Assembly (NCBI GenBank): GCA_937625935.1
Contig: OW569385.1
Location: 1-64,000 of the forward strand
Source of the DNA: Tetramitus jugosus
Taxonomy: Eukaryota; Protista; Heterolobosea
Length of the DNA stretch: 64,000 bases
Direction: 5' to 3'
The stretch's first letter is position 1; each line of letters starts with the position of its first letter. This document shows, piece after piece, positions 40,961-53,300 of the stretch. Below the pieces are notes generated by a model, which saw only the letters and a list, made by a program, of their open reading frames with translations, made no database searches and had not been told where the DNA came from. Both the position numbers and the translations under genes were made by a program.

Positions 40961-43687
40961 TTATTTCTTGTTTGGGCATTTTGAGAGATATTGGTTGTAC
41001 ATATCTCGTGCTGCGTCTTTCTTGGCCTCCTTCTTGTTCTTCCCTTGTCCATGACTCGTCCAGGTTGAACGACCAAAACTGTCATAGAAACTCATAGTGG
41101 CCTCAAATGTATGAAGCACACCCTTTGTGTCGGTAGTTTTTTCTGTGATCACATATCGGGGGGTTGTTTTAAACACGCCGGTAATAATTTGATTCATCTT
41201 GGAGCTCATGTCCTCACCCAGATGAGCAATAACGTTTGGACGATGTAGTGACGATGACTGTGGTATAGATTGACTCGAGGAAGCAACTTCTCTTCCAGTG
41301 GGTGTTTGTCCAACAAAACGAGAAAACTTTGGTCGCTTGGTGTCAGGAGCATCCAGGTCAGTTGATAAGTCAGAATCTCGAGTCCTTTTTCGTGCATGAT
41401 TGCCTCGACTAGAACCAGCAGAAGAGACTGAGGATTTTGAGAGTTCCAGTTGTGTTACTATTAACGACCTGGTGGAATCCTCCTTCAAAAGGCTGCACAC
41501 GCTTTTGTTTCTCTCAAGTACAGTGTTGACACTTGATCCAATGTGGTACAAGTACACATGACAATTGTCCTTTGATTTGGTATTGTAACAGGATATATCT
41601 TCATAGTATGGCATCGAAGGGGAATCATAGTGCATAATGAAGCTAAATCGATTCGAAAAACTGGCTGATCTAGAGCACATTCTCTCAAATTCAAACCTTG
41701 TTGTGAGAATGAGTTGTGTACCTGCGTGTCTCTCAGCAACAAACAGATCTGCCGCAACAAACTTTTTCACTTTGTGAATCGAACAAGTTTTGTCCTTCAA
41801 TTGTTCGGATAGATCAGCATGAATTCGATCTAATGTTTGCCTATGAGTCACAAGAACTAATATTTGCAAGTTTGGATCTTCTGTGTGCGATCTAATACTC
41901 TCATCAATGCTGGATATCAAACCCTTATAGAGGTCATTCTGCTCATCAGCGCGATCCTGAATATTTTCACACGACTGAATTTTGGATATCCAAGAAGTAA
42001 GAATAGTGTTTAAATCCTGTTCTACGGAACTTCGGATCGATGTGTCCATAAACTGAGCAAAAGATTGTTGCTTGTACACATTTTTGATGCTCTCCTGGGT
42101 CACCCCTGTCCAAGATTCGGACAGTTTAACCTGCTGAGAAGCACTAGAACGATGTGCAAGACGATTCAGTGTCCTATTGGCACACAATGTCAAATACTCA
42201 ACAACAGATTGTTTCCAGCCTCTAATCTCTTCTTGAATCATACGATAGGCGATATGACATTCGTAAATTTTTTGAATACAGAGCCACATGCTCGTTGACC
42301 TTGTGGCAATGCAATACTGTTGAATATCACTCAACCACTCACTCATCTCACATGATCCAAGCAAATAATCCCTTGGAATAATTGTCTCCAATGCACCCGA
42401 CCCAAATTTCTCGCTCACAAACTTTTGAATCTCTCGATACAAGCCAAGAATCATCTCCATTAATGTTGCTTGAGATTTTTGCACGGATTGCTGTCCAACT
42501 CCCAGATAATACACATAATCCTTTTTCTCATCATTTGGCAATTCAATATCAATATATCGATCACTCCAAGTCTGTCCAAACACCAATGGTTCAAAAAACT
42601 TGACCAAACAAGGATTATCGACACCTTCTCGATTCAATGCTCGCTTTTTCACATATTCGATTAAATATAAAGTCGGACGAACATTACTATCAACATGACT
42701 ACCACTACTACTACTCGCACTGCTACTACCATTTGATAGTTGTTTACACTCACTGTACTGTGAAAACAAGTTACTGGACATGGAAATGACCGAAAATGGA
42801 TATCCTCTCTGTCGCTCCACTTGTTCCATCTTTTTCAACAACAAGGCCACATTGTCATTGACTGCAGCACCATCACTCTTTATCTCTACCATTTCATCAA
42901 ACACGATCCAATCAAAATCACTCAATTCAAACAATAATCGATCATTATTCAACCATAGTAGAACATGAGAAGCAGTTGTAAAGAAACAATCATTGACCAT
43001 CATTTGATGAAAACTTGGTACTATACTCTCTCCCCAACCACCTCCATCACCACCTCCATCACTCTCACTACCACCATCATCATCATCATTACCCTCATTA
43101 TTAGTAGTAGTAGTAGACATGTTAATAGAAGAGTAACGATGATCATCAAGTGAAAACAGAGTCGTACACTGAACAACAACTTGATGATGATGATGATCCA
43201 ATCGACTTTTTCTCTTTAATTGTCTCTGTATGGCTCTCATGCATGAAAATGCAAAGCTTTCACTGTTGCAAATATAGAGACATTTTACATCTTCTCTTGA
43301 TGCTTGATTTGTTGATGATGATACTTGTGATTGTGATTGTGACTGTGATGATGATGATGAAAATGATGAGGATGAAAGAGACAACAACAGTTCAACCAAT
43401 TGATTTTGAAGAGTGTATCGATTGGAGATCCACAGTTCATTCACTGTTTCTACCTTGTCACCACTATCGTCACTATCATAATGATGTGTGTTATTGATCA
43501 CGACATCATTGGTTTGTGATAACTCTTGTTGTTGTTGTTGTTGGTGAGTTTCATCAGTGGTGGTGGTGGTGGGTGATTCTCCAGTGGATTCTGATTTGAT
43601 TTGTGGACGCGTTTTCCTTGGTGGAGATTGCTGTTGTTGATCCTGATCAGAAAGATTTGGTTTGTTCGGTTTGTTCCCCAAGAACAT
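40961..43687 (-). CDS. Degenerate Dicer/RIG-I-like SF2 helicase with a C-terminal dsRNA-binding domain
   Basis: C-terminal dsRBD (PRY...FEATM...GQGKNKKEAKKDAA). FDWIVFDEMV and QILVLVTHRQT resemble helicase motifs II and IV. No Walker A is visible. Confidence 0.55.
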   Translation of the reverse strand: MFLGNKPNKPNLSDQDQQQQSPPRKTRPQIKSESTGESPTTTTTDETHQQQQQQELSQTNDVVINNTHHYDSDDSGDKVETVNELWISNRYTLQNQLVELLLSLSSSSFSSSSSQSQSQSQVSSSTNQASREDVKCLYICNSESFAFSCMRAIQRQLKRKSRLDHHHHQVVVQCTTLFSLDDHRYSSINMSTTTTNNEGNDDDDGGSESDGGGDGGGWGESIVPSFHQMMVNDCFFTTASHVLLWLNNDRLLFELSDFDWIVFDEMVEIKSDGAAVNDNVALLLKKMEQVERQRGYPFSVISMSSNLFSQYSECKQLSNGSSSASSSSGSHVDSNVRPTLYLIEYVKKRALNREGVDNPCLVKFFEPLVFGQTWSDRYIDIELPNDEKKDYVYYLGVGQQSVQKSQATLMEMILGLYREIQKFVSEKFGSGALETIIPRDYLLGSCEMSEWLSDIQQYCIATRSTSMWLCIQKIYECHIAYRMIQEEIRGWKQSVVEYLTLCANRTLNRLAHRSSASQQVKLSESWTGVTQESIKNVYKQQSFAQFMDTSIRSSVEQDLNTILTSWISKIQSCENIQDRADEQNDLYKGLISSIDESIRSHTEDPNLQILVLVTHRQTLDRIHADLSEQLKDKTCSIHKVKKFVAADLFVAERHAGTQLILTTRFEFERMCSRSASFSNRFSFIMHYDSPSMPYYEDISCYNTKSKDNCHVYLYHIGSSVNTVLERNKSVCSLLKEDSTRSLIVTQLELSKSSVSSAGSSRGNHARKRTRDSDLSTDLDAPDTKRPKFSRFVGQTPTGREVASSSQSIPQSSSLHRPNVIAHLGEDMSSKMNQIITGVFKTTPRYVITEKTTDTKGVLHTFEATMSFYDSFGRSTWTSHGQGKNKKEAKKDAARDMYNQYLSKCPNKK

Positions 43688-44656
43688 GACTTTGTTTTTT
43701 TTCTGCCTGAATAAAGGATGTCCAGAAAGTTTTTTTTTCTTCCTTGTGAGGAGTGATCAAGATGATGCTTAAGCTTCACACAAGAGATGCAAAGAATACA
43801 AAGATCATTTTGATAAGATAGCTTTCACAGGTTTGAGTCATTTGACATATGGTTGTTGTTTTTAATATGATTAAAACGTTATTGGTCCTCTCCTTCCATG
43901 ATTGGTTTTTACACTTGCGCAACACAAAAAAAAATTAATTTGTCGCTGCTTTGGATCCTGAGCTGCCAAACAAAAATCGTCATCATCGTTTGGCATCCCC
44001 CAAAAAAAAGCTTTGAAGCTTTGAGATTTCTAGTTGGAGCTCAATGCGTTGCTAATCCTGTAAAAGACGGATTGTGGGTATGGCGTGCTTGGGCGAGCCA
44101 AGTCAGTCTTCTTCTTTTGATTCAGATAGACTCTCAGTAATATCACACCAATAACAAATCTTGCGTCAGCTGCGTGGGAGGCCATGGTTCTTGTTCGATG
44201 AGTGCTTTTTTTTCCAAGAGGGGAATTACGAATTTTGCGGCACGGAGAAAATTATGCGGGGTTGACTATTCAACGAGGTGATTGAACTTAAAACAATTTT
44301 GGTTGTATAATTGCTCATTCGTTGTTCATCGAATCTTTATGGGCGGGAACGAAGAGCTCGAAACCTGATTCCATGTTTAAAATTTTTGAGATTCAGAAGG
44401 TAATTTGTTCCCAAAGTGTCTCTTCCTCAGAAGATTTCGCTTTTGAATAGAGAAGGGTCCGACCGAATCTCAGGACAATACCTTCGAATATTGACCATTG
44501 CCGTCCAACACACACTTCCCTCTCTTCCTCTTCAGAGTTCTATTCCACCCAAACACACTCAACGACTTTAACACATTGTTCCTGTCACAGCAATTTTTTT
44601 GGACTTCAAATTACTCATCAACAAATTCCAAAAGACTGCCGATTAATTGAGAGATC

Positions 44657-45922
44657 ATGCAAACGTATTCATCTGGTTCCTTTTCCGCTCAACCATCACG
44701 GAATTTTTCAACGTCACCACTGAGTAGCATCACTGAGCTTTCTTCGTCTTCGCCTTCCTCATCTGGTTACTCGCAGTCAATTCTGTCAACATTTTCTCTG
44801 TCTGTCACCGTGTGCTCACCTGTCGCTGAGAATACACCTGACACTCCATGGTCACCCACGGGAGATTCATCTGACGGTTCCTTCAACCATAGCTTCCATA
44901 AGGATAAACTAAGTTCTGTGCTGCAAAGAAAGATGAGCGGCAACAAAATCAACAGTAGGAACTTGCCTCGTTTCTCTCAGTTGAACATTAGCAAGGGCAG
45001 CGTAGGCAAGATTAGAGATTTTGAACCTGTTTCTGCGCTAGATTTTCAACAAGCTTCATTGAACGAACCTCAGAGAGTCTTCTCTCCATCATTGGAGGAG
45101 GTGGAGGAATACAAGATGATGCAACTGAGACGAAGATCCAGAAGCAGCAGACGAATGGCGCTCATGTCATCTCGAAGGCGCTGTCGCATGATACACGGTC
45201 AAGTGCAAGAAACCGCCGTAGAGCGAGAATTGGAGGGAATGACGACCAACGGTGAACCAGTCGAAGAACTATTACGCCATGACCGAGTGCAACAATGTAA
45301 TGAAAGCTCTAGTCATCCAACATGCCAAGCACAACAACCAAGCAAAGAAACTTCTGCAACAAAGGCAGAAGACCAAGCTCCGAAATCAACCAAGACCAAG
45401 CCACCCATCAAGAGACAACTCTCTGCTCTAGAGTTGCTACTAGAGATACAGAGAACTGGTGATCGAAGCTTAGAGTTCGCCAGTAATAGCAACACCTTTG
45501 TCTATCCTGCACGAGTCAATAGTGATGATAGCAGTGCGGATGATGACGAAGAAACAAAGGATGATCATCATTCATCAAACAACAAGAAAGTGTCCTCACT
45601 ATTCAGGCCTATCCATGGTTCTTCCAACGAAGAACAACCACCATTGTCCTATTCAATGATCAAATCGGAATCGCTAGTTTCCCTAACAGGAACTTTTTGT
45701 GATGATTCCCAACTGAATATGCTACCAACACCACAAGAACAACAAGAAAAGGCAATGGAGAATTATTCGATGAGAGAACAGGACTCAAGTGAACCACCAG
45801 TGCACATTGCAAAGAGATATGATTTGCATCTGGACATTAAGAGAAAGAAGGTAAAGACTGGGGGTTTCATTCGGAAACTGTTTCAGAAGCAAAAGGTGTA
45901 TCGTGTTTATATTGTCAAATAG
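44657..45922 (+). CDS. Ser-rich, probably disordered hypothetical protein
   Basis: 421-aa ATG ORF with AATAAA after the stop. Confidence 0.7.
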   Translation: MQTYSSGSFSAQPSRNFSTSPLSSITELSSSSPSSSGYSQSILSTFSLSVTVCSPVAENTPDTPWSPTGDSSDGSFNHSFHKDKLSSVLQRKMSGNKINSRNLPRFSQLNISKGSVGKIRDFEPVSALDFQQASLNEPQRVFSPSLEEVEEYKMMQLRRRSRSSRRMALMSSRRRCRMIHGQVQETAVERELEGMTTNGEPVEELLRHDRVQQCNESSSHPTCQAQQPSKETSATKAEDQAPKSTKTKPPIKRQLSALELLLEIQRTGDRSLEFASNSNTFVYPARVNSDDSSADDDEETKDDHHSSNNKKVSSLFRPIHGSSNEEQPPLSYSMIKSESLVSLTGTFCDDSQLNMLPTPQEQQEKAMENYSMREQDSSEPPVHIAKRYDLHLDIKRKKVKTGGFIRKLFQKQKVYRVYIVK

Positions 45923-45980
45923 TGAGCAGATACTAATAAAGTAATGTTTATTGGCAGTATTAAGAAACTACTGGACAATG

Positions 45981-47879
45981 TTATTCAGTTGTATCAGGTT
46001 TGGCGTTGTAATGAGAGCACACGATTGCTAAGAAATCCTTCATCACAGTCTTGATTGATTGATTCTTCTCATCCACAACATCTTTTCTGACAAAGAATGA
46101 AATGGACTTCACCTCATCTTCAGAAGTGGATATATCCATTTGCTCACTCTTCAACTTGAATACAGTCACATGCAATCTGTTTTCAAGTTTTGGCATTCTA
46201 TCAGCAATGCACTTCAGTATCATTCTTATCAAGTGTTGAGCTTCTTCGGCATTCACATCCGCAGTTCCCAGATCAAACATGAGCTCGTCTTTGCTGAATT
46301 TGAATGATTTCTCACATCTTTGGAGTGCTATCATGATATCTCTATGAGTGTTGCAGATTGTATAATATATTGCATCCAGAATTGCACTCTGAGCTTCAGC
46401 TATTGGCTTCACTTTGCCAAAGTTCTTTTCAACCTTTCCAAACAAAATTTGTCTAAATTGTCTCAATGTGAACAATTTGGACAGATTGTGAAAGGCAAGA
46501 TACTCATCAAATGTTTCCTTTTTGTCAACTGTTGCAGGATCAAGAAAGTATGAGGCTGTGTAATTGGCATGTTTCAAATCGATGGCAAGGAACACATGAT
46601 CACTGTTGCTATTACTATAAAGCTCATTGTGAGTGGGATTATAGTGAAATGGATCTGATTGAGGAGAAGATGGATCATATCCAATTGTCTGGAATATGGT
46701 CGTTCTGATTTCGTCCCCAGTCTTATTCTGATATTTGACATCCATCTTCTCAGATATTTTCAATTGCAATTCGTGACATTCCTTTTGAAGTGTCCTTTTT
46801 ATCTGGACAGCATCATATTTGAATTGCTTTCTAGCCAACAATTGGAACTGATTCCACTTTCCTATCACATCAGGATCAAATTGTCCAAGCTGAGACAACC
46901 AAACCAAGAAGTCTTGTATCGTGGTAAGAGCAGATTTCTTAATCTTGATCCCAGCATACGTGACAAACAATTCTCTGAGTCCCTGGACATGTCTATTCGT
47001 TTTATCCATCTTATCTGTCACAGGCATGGATGCAATATGACTAATAGGAGCCATACGATTCTTTTCAGATATCGCTTGTTCTATTCTTGTTTTCAGCTCC
47101 TCAGCATAATTAAGTGGAGTATGATTTCTCTGGTCTCCTTTGATGATGATTTGCTGCCATGTTGTACTCATCAAGAATATCTTGTACTCTGCAGAATCAA
47201 TATCAATATCAAAATAATGGTGATGTGCCAAGAATTTACCACACCACGAACAGTACGCCTCACTATACTCAGTTTTCTTAGCAAGATTATAGTGTTTTTC
47301 TCCTGCATCCTTCAGCTTCACAGGGCTTCCTTTTTTGGTCCAGATACAGTCTTTGTACACTCTGTATATGCTTGTTGCTTCACATACAATCTTCTTGCAT
47401 TTGGAACAGTGAACAGTAATGTTGTGCTTTGATCCCCTCATTGTATTCATCAACATTCCAGGATCCAATGTTTTAGAGCCAGGTACCTGTAGTTGTTTAG
47501 CATCTTCAGAAGCTTTAAACTCTCTCATTTTTTCATCATTTGAGAATTCGAAGCATGAAATTACATTCTTTTTAAATGGTTCACCTGGATCATTGTTTTG
47601 AAGGAGTGTAATCTTCGCCTCATACTTGTGCTCTAAATCACTGAAATCTTGTTTCGTTAGTTCTCTTTCGACTTCTCCACTTAGATACATGGAATGTCGA
47701 GGCTTCAACTGCTTCCACAGTCCTAGAGTATCAAATTTTTGTTCACCATGACTATGAGAGGGTTTTGTTTTTGGCTTTGAGTGGTCCTGGGATGAGTTTT
47801 TGGCCTTCTTTTGCTTCTTCTTCCTTGGATTCTTCAATGTCGGTTTCTTTGGTGGTGGTTGTTCAGTATGGTTGTTCAT
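45981..47879 (-). CDS. Paralog A: Zn-ribbon (RIG-I CTD/Yippee-like) + polymerase-palm-like domain
   Basis: CSKC...CSWC zinc site; FLAIDLKHANY, FRQILFGK and FSKDELMF. First ATG at 47879. Confidence 0.7.
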   Translation of the reverse strand: MNNHTEQPPPKKPTLKNPRKKKQKKAKNSSQDHSKPKTKPSHSHGEQKFDTLGLWKQLKPRHSMYLSGEVERELTKQDFSDLEHKYEAKITLLQNNDPGEPFKKNVISCFEFSNDEKMREFKASEDAKQLQVPGSKTLDPGMLMNTMRGSKHNITVHCSKCKKIVCEATSIYRVYKDCIWTKKGSPVKLKDAGEKHYNLAKKTEYSEAYCSWCGKFLAHHHYFDIDIDSAEYKIFLMSTTWQQIIIKGDQRNHTPLNYAEELKTRIEQAISEKNRMAPISHIASMPVTDKMDKTNRHVQGLRELFVTYAGIKIKKSALTTIQDFLVWLSQLGQFDPDVIGKWNQFQLLARKQFKYDAVQIKRTLQKECHELQLKISEKMDVKYQNKTGDEIRTTIFQTIGYDPSSPQSDPFHYNPTHNELYSNSNSDHVFLAIDLKHANYTASYFLDPATVDKKETFDEYLAFHNLSKLFTLRQFRQILFGKVEKNFGKVKPIAEAQSAILDAIYYTICNTHRDIMIALQRCEKSFKFSKDELMFDLGTADVNAEEAQHLIRMILKCIADRMPKLENRLHVTVFKLKSEQMDISTSEDEVKSISFFVRKDVVDEKNQSIKTVMKDFLAIVCSHYNAKPDTTE

Positions 47880-48408
47880 TTGCTTGGATTGCGTTGTGTT
47901 GGTTTTTTTGTCAGAGGAGAGCACATGTGGGAGAAGGAGAAAACAATTTTACCGTCAAGTAGTTGAACATGGTGACGTTGTTCATTGTTTGGATTAAAAT
48001 TAGCGAGTGCCACGGGCCGAGAACATGCCGTTGGAAGATGCCCTCACTGGCATGTCGCATTCATACTCAGCTGAATCCTGAATGTTGTGGTGAAGTTCTA
48101 CCTCACGGATCACCAAACCCTTTTATACCATTTTGTCAAATCTGATCTGCGATGCTTGGCCAAGAGTCAACAACCATTGGCAGAGTCACTCAAGACACTG
48201 TACATTGATTTGAGGGTAAGAATGTGCTCATTGTTGCACTTGGTAATTCATTGAGAGATGTACACAGTGCGGGAACTGATTCTTGGCTCGAAGAGCCAGA
48301 GGTGAGCAAGTCCATTGTCGGTGACTCCAGCCGATTGTATCGTGTCTATTTAGAAGTCGAATTAGATCAGGCAACAATCGGATGGGTCAAATTAAAGGAT
48401 TTAGGATG

Positions 48409-50289
48409 TTATTCAGGGGTGTCAGGCTTGGCGTTGTAATGAGAGCACACGATTGCCAGGAAATCCTTCATCACAGTCTTGATTGATTGATTCTTCTCAT
48501 CCACAACATCTTTTCTGACAAAGAATGAAATGGACTTCACCTCATCTTCAGAAGTGGATATATCCATTTGCTCACTCTTCAACTTGAATACAGTCACATG
48601 CAATCTGTTTTCAAGTTTTGGCATTCTATCAGCAATGCACTTCAGTATCATTCTTATCAAGTGTTGAGCTTCTTCGGCATTCACATCCGCAGTTCCCAGA
48701 TCAAACATGAGCTCGTCTTTGCTGAATTTGAATGATTTCTCACATCTTTGGAGTGCTATCATGATATCTCTATGAGTGTTGCAGATTGTATAATATATTG
48801 CATCCAGAATTGCACTCTGAGCTTCAGCTATTGGCTTCACTTTGCCAAAGTTCTTTTCAACCTTTCCAAACAAAATTTGTCTAAATTGTCTCAATGTGAA
48901 CAATTTGGACAGATTGTGAAAGGCAAGATACTCATCAAATGTTTCCTTTTTGTCAACTGTTGCAGGATCAAGAAAGTATGAGGCTGTGTAATTGGCATGT
49001 TTCAAATCGATGGCAAGGAACACATGATCACTGTTGCTATTACTATAAAGCTCATTGTGAGTGGGATTATAGTGAAATGGATCTGAGTGAGGAGCAGATG
49101 GATCATATCCAATAGTGTTGTATATACTCCTTCTTATTTCGTCCCCAGTCTTATTCTGATACCTGGCAGCCATCTTCTTCGATATTTTCCATTGCAATTT
49201 GTGACATTCCCTTTGAAGCACTCTTCTGATCTTGGTAGCATCATACTTGAATTGATTTTTAGCCAACAAATTAAACTGATTCCACTTTCCTATCACATCA
49301 GGATCAAATTGTCCAAGCTGAGACAACCAAACCAAGAAGTCTTGTATCGTGATAATGGCAGATTTCTTAATTTTGATCCCGGCATACGCGACAAACAATT
49401 CTCTGAGTCCCTGGACATGTCTATTCGTTTTATCCATCTTATCTGTCACAGGCATGGATGCAATATGATTGATGGGAGCCATACGATTCTTTTCAGATAT
49501 CGCTTGTTCTATCCATGTTTTCAGAATCTCTCCATGATTGAGAGGTGTATGGCTACTTTGATCTCCTTTGATTATTACTTGCTGCGAGGTTCCTCTTCTG
49601 ACAAATATCTTGTACTCTCCCGTATCTTTAAGATCAAAATAATAACGATGTCCTAAGAACTTACCGCACTTGGAACAGAATGCATCGCTGTAGTCACTCT
49701 TCTTTGCTAGATTTCTGTATTTGTTTTTTGACACTCTCAGATTCACCAAACTGCCTCGTTTTGTCCAAATATTGTCTTGGTATACTTTGTAAACATTCAC
49801 TGCTTCACAGATTAAATTATTGCATTTAGCACAGTAAACGGCAATGTGATGATCTGATTTTCTCATTGTATTCATCAACATTCTGGGAAATATCCTAGAA
49901 CCTGGTATTTGAAGCTGTTGGCCATCTTTGGAAGTCTTAAACTCTTGCATCTTGGCATCATCCGGGAATTTGACAATTGCCATTACATTCTTGTTGTCAA
50001 ATGTTTGTGGTTCATTTAGTAGAGGCTCCAGAGGTTCATTGCGAGGACAGAGAAGAGTAATTTCTGCCTGATACTTGGTCTCAATCTGATTGAAATCTTT
50101 GCTCTCTAACACTCTATCCACTTGTCCTGATAGATACATTGTATGTTGTGGTTTCAAGTCTTTCCATGGATCTTTGTGGTGAACAACAAGCTTTGGTTCA
50201 TGACCACCACCAGTAGTCTTATTCTTCCTCTTCTTTGGATACCAAGGTTTTGACATCTCTTGTCGTGGGGCAATGCTGCTGTTGCTCAT
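48409..50289 (-). CDS. Paralog B: tandem duplicate of the previous gene
   Basis: CAKC...CSKC zinc site; the C-terminal third is essentially identical to paralog A. Confidence 0.75.
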   Translation of the reverse strand: MSNSSIAPRQEMSKPWYPKKRKNKTTGGGHEPKLVVHHKDPWKDLKPQHTMYLSGQVDRVLESKDFNQIETKYQAEITLLCPRNEPLEPLLNEPQTFDNKNVMAIVKFPDDAKMQEFKTSKDGQQLQIPGSRIFPRMLMNTMRKSDHHIAVYCAKCNNLICEAVNVYKVYQDNIWTKRGSLVNLRVSKNKYRNLAKKSDYSDAFCSKCGKFLGHRYYFDLKDTGEYKIFVRRGTSQQVIIKGDQSSHTPLNHGEILKTWIEQAISEKNRMAPINHIASMPVTDKMDKTNRHVQGLRELFVAYAGIKIKKSAIITIQDFLVWLSQLGQFDPDVIGKWNQFNLLAKNQFKYDATKIRRVLQRECHKLQWKISKKMAARYQNKTGDEIRRSIYNTIGYDPSAPHSDPFHYNPTHNELYSNSNSDHVFLAIDLKHANYTASYFLDPATVDKKETFDEYLAFHNLSKLFTLRQFRQILFGKVEKNFGKVKPIAEAQSAILDAIYYTICNTHRDIMIALQRCEKSFKFSKDELMFDLGTADVNAEEAQHLIRMILKCIADRMPKLENRLHVTVFKLKSEQMDISTSEDEVKSISFFVRKDVVDEKNQSIKTVMKDFLAIVCSHYNAKPDTPE

Positions 50290-50393
50290 GAGTTTTATAT
50301 GAGTTTTATGGGTAAATGGTCAACAAGCTTTTTTTTTGTTGTTGGGAAAGAGAGAGAAACAATTTTTATTGGAGAATGTTTGTGTTGGTTTGG

Positions 50394-53300
50394 TTAGTTC
50401 ATTCTCAGTGTGGACTTTAGTTCTTGCTGCTTGCTCTGAATTTCGAGGTATTGAGCAAACTGTGCCGTGCTCTGGAGTCTTGATAAAGTGTCTGAAAGAT
50501 TGGTGAGGCAAATACCATACAGAATTCGGTAGGCTTCTTCGGCTTGTGAAGCAGACACTGAATCTCCTGAAATTTGTTCCAGTACCTTCTTTCGTTGTTG
50601 ATTCGACATGTTCACCTGGCGTTCACTGTTCAGATCAAGATAGAGTTCTTTCATTCTGCGTACATCCATCAACCTGTTGCTATCAGTGGATGTGAGATTT
50701 CCGAGACGAACCTCTTCCAAGTCTTTCCACAGCAACAAGTTTTCCAGAGAGAACTCTTGTTGACAATAGATGTAAACAAGTTTGTATCCATGGTCATGTC
50801 TCAACAGATCTAAAATCTTTTGATCTGAATCAGTCATCGTACTTCCATTGCCAGGTATTGCTTCGTAGGAATCGTCCTTGTTTCTGATCTTTGAGATGAA
50901 TGTCATCAATGTGATCACACATACGAAGCCTCCGAATGCAGCAATACTAACAAAGCCTAATACAATTTCAAACACTGTTCTTACAATAACTATGGCAGAT
51001 TGAGCATCAGCATTCAATGACGCTATACCGAGCGAGTACAAAACAAGAACCAAAAGTGCAGCAACCAAAATCACGCACGCTTCCAATCTGAACATTAATG
51101 GATCATTCCTGAAATGGGAATACAAGTGGAGCCAATGCTTTCTGCTCTTCTTTTCTATAATGTCTCCATTGTCGTCGGCTACAACAGATTCAGTTGAGAT
51201 TTCTGTCTTCAGCGAGAGAATATAGTCATAAATTAGAGCTAGCAGGATGAGAAGAGCAATAAATATCATTATTCCCGCAAACAGGATCGCTTGAACTGTG
51301 ACAGCAATATTCCTCTTGGAGAATTCGTTCCTGTTGTTGTAATAGGCTGAAAATCCAACCAAGATAGCAAATGCACCCATTGACACAATAGCCACAAGCA
51401 CCGTCAAAGTAAAGAATACAATCTTGCTGGCCAGAATTTTGTTGACTAGAATCATATGCTTCCTGTTCGCTCTCGGCATCAAATAGTAAATGTTCTGCAA
51501 CAATAAAAATCTTACTTGTTGCCAAAAGAATGTGAATAAGGCAGCAATTGTGAGAGGGTTCGCGAGTAAGATGATGATATAGGAGACAGCATCAGAGCCT
51601 AGTTTCTTATCAGCCAATGATAGACTATTTCTGACCCATCCTTGTAAAACAGATTCGACAACGAGAGCAATCATACCCATGAACGGAGCCATATATCTCG
51701 TTCGTAAAGGTTGTTCATTCCTCAAGAGCGTGATACTCACTAGAATGATGCAACAAAGGACTATATAGATCGTGTTGAACACAATTCCTGTCGCTCTGAG
51801 ACCAATAGGTGTTCGTTTGTCTCCATTCTCGAGGATGAATACAGAAAAGCTGGTAGTGTGATTACATCGACATACGACAGAAGAATCTGCTATGCTGTCA
51901 ACTTCACAACCATTAGAACTCCATGTCAATTTTTGTTCATCCCAGAACTTACATGCAACAGATTGAGTAGTGTCAATTGATCCATTGAAGTGAAGTAAAA
52001 TGCCTTTGCTCAGACCTACGACTGGGATAGTCGAGCTATCTGAATCAATAAACTTAACATCGATTACAGCACTCTGTGTTTCATTTGTTTGATTGCCTGT
52101 CAAGTATGGGTTCTTTTTAAATATAAGAACGGAGTAGGCCACGGAGTTCAACTTCACATCTGTTCCAAAGCTAGCCGGAAGGGATAAGTAATCAGTGGTA
52201 TTTCCGGACTTGTGCAGAATTTGAGCAACAGAAAGGTTTGTACGACCAACACTGAGTTCAAAGTTTGTAGATTGATACAAAGATTCTTGGGAGCCCAGTA
52301 CCTTGTCTGTAATTAGATAATTAGCAAGTTGTTGGGCAGTATTAACTGTTCTCGTTGCCAACAAGGGGTCAGTGAAGTTCGAGGCTATGTTAGATATGAT
52401 GTCTGTCATTGTGGTGGCAGTGGATTGATCAATAATGGCCACTGAATTGTTTCTTTGTGTAAGTACGATGATATTCTCGACAATATGCAATGCAGAAGTC
52501 AAGAGCTCAGTATTCATAATTTTGGTCTTTCGCGTTAAAACTTCAACAGCAAGAGTTCTCTGTCCAATGTCTATGCTCGTTGTATTTTCGTCAATCGAAG
52601 AACCAATAAAGTCCAATACTTTAGTGATCAGCTTATTGGTACTAGATATGTTGGATGCTTGCGAATCATTGATAAGAGCGGTAGCAACAATAAGGGTATC
52701 AATATTGTTGCTCTCAAGTGCCTTGTTAATGGCATTATTGATTGCTTGTTCGTTATTAGGAGCTAATACTCTTACTGTTTGACTGGACTCGCCGATTGCT
52801 CCTATATCTAAATCCATAATGATTACTCTAATCCTTAAATAGTAATTGTTTCGAGCTACACCAGGAGGTAGCACAGTTGTTAGATTTGACTTAGTACTAT
52901 AGCTGTTCAGTGATACATATTTTCCTGTTGATTCATCCAAGTAAGAATAGGAGAACACATATGAATGATTCTGTGGTGGCATAGTTGCCAGTGTAAAGTT
53001 ATCGCTCAAACTTAATCCTTGAGGGGGAAGTACTGACAAATGAACATTTTCTGATATGGTGTCGCCAGGTCCAGTAGACTCATTATAATAAACTATATGC
53101 CGTTCATTTCTCGCTGTGAATGCAACTGAAGTATAGATTCGTATGTTCGATCGAATACCAGCGATTGACCTTGGACGAACATAACACACACTATCATAGT
53201 ATTTTTCAAAGTATAAATTGGCTTCTTTCTCACTCATTGGCAGTCCAGTTAGTTCGTCTATAATCTTAAAGTTCCATGAAGTATCGTATGGATAAGCTCC

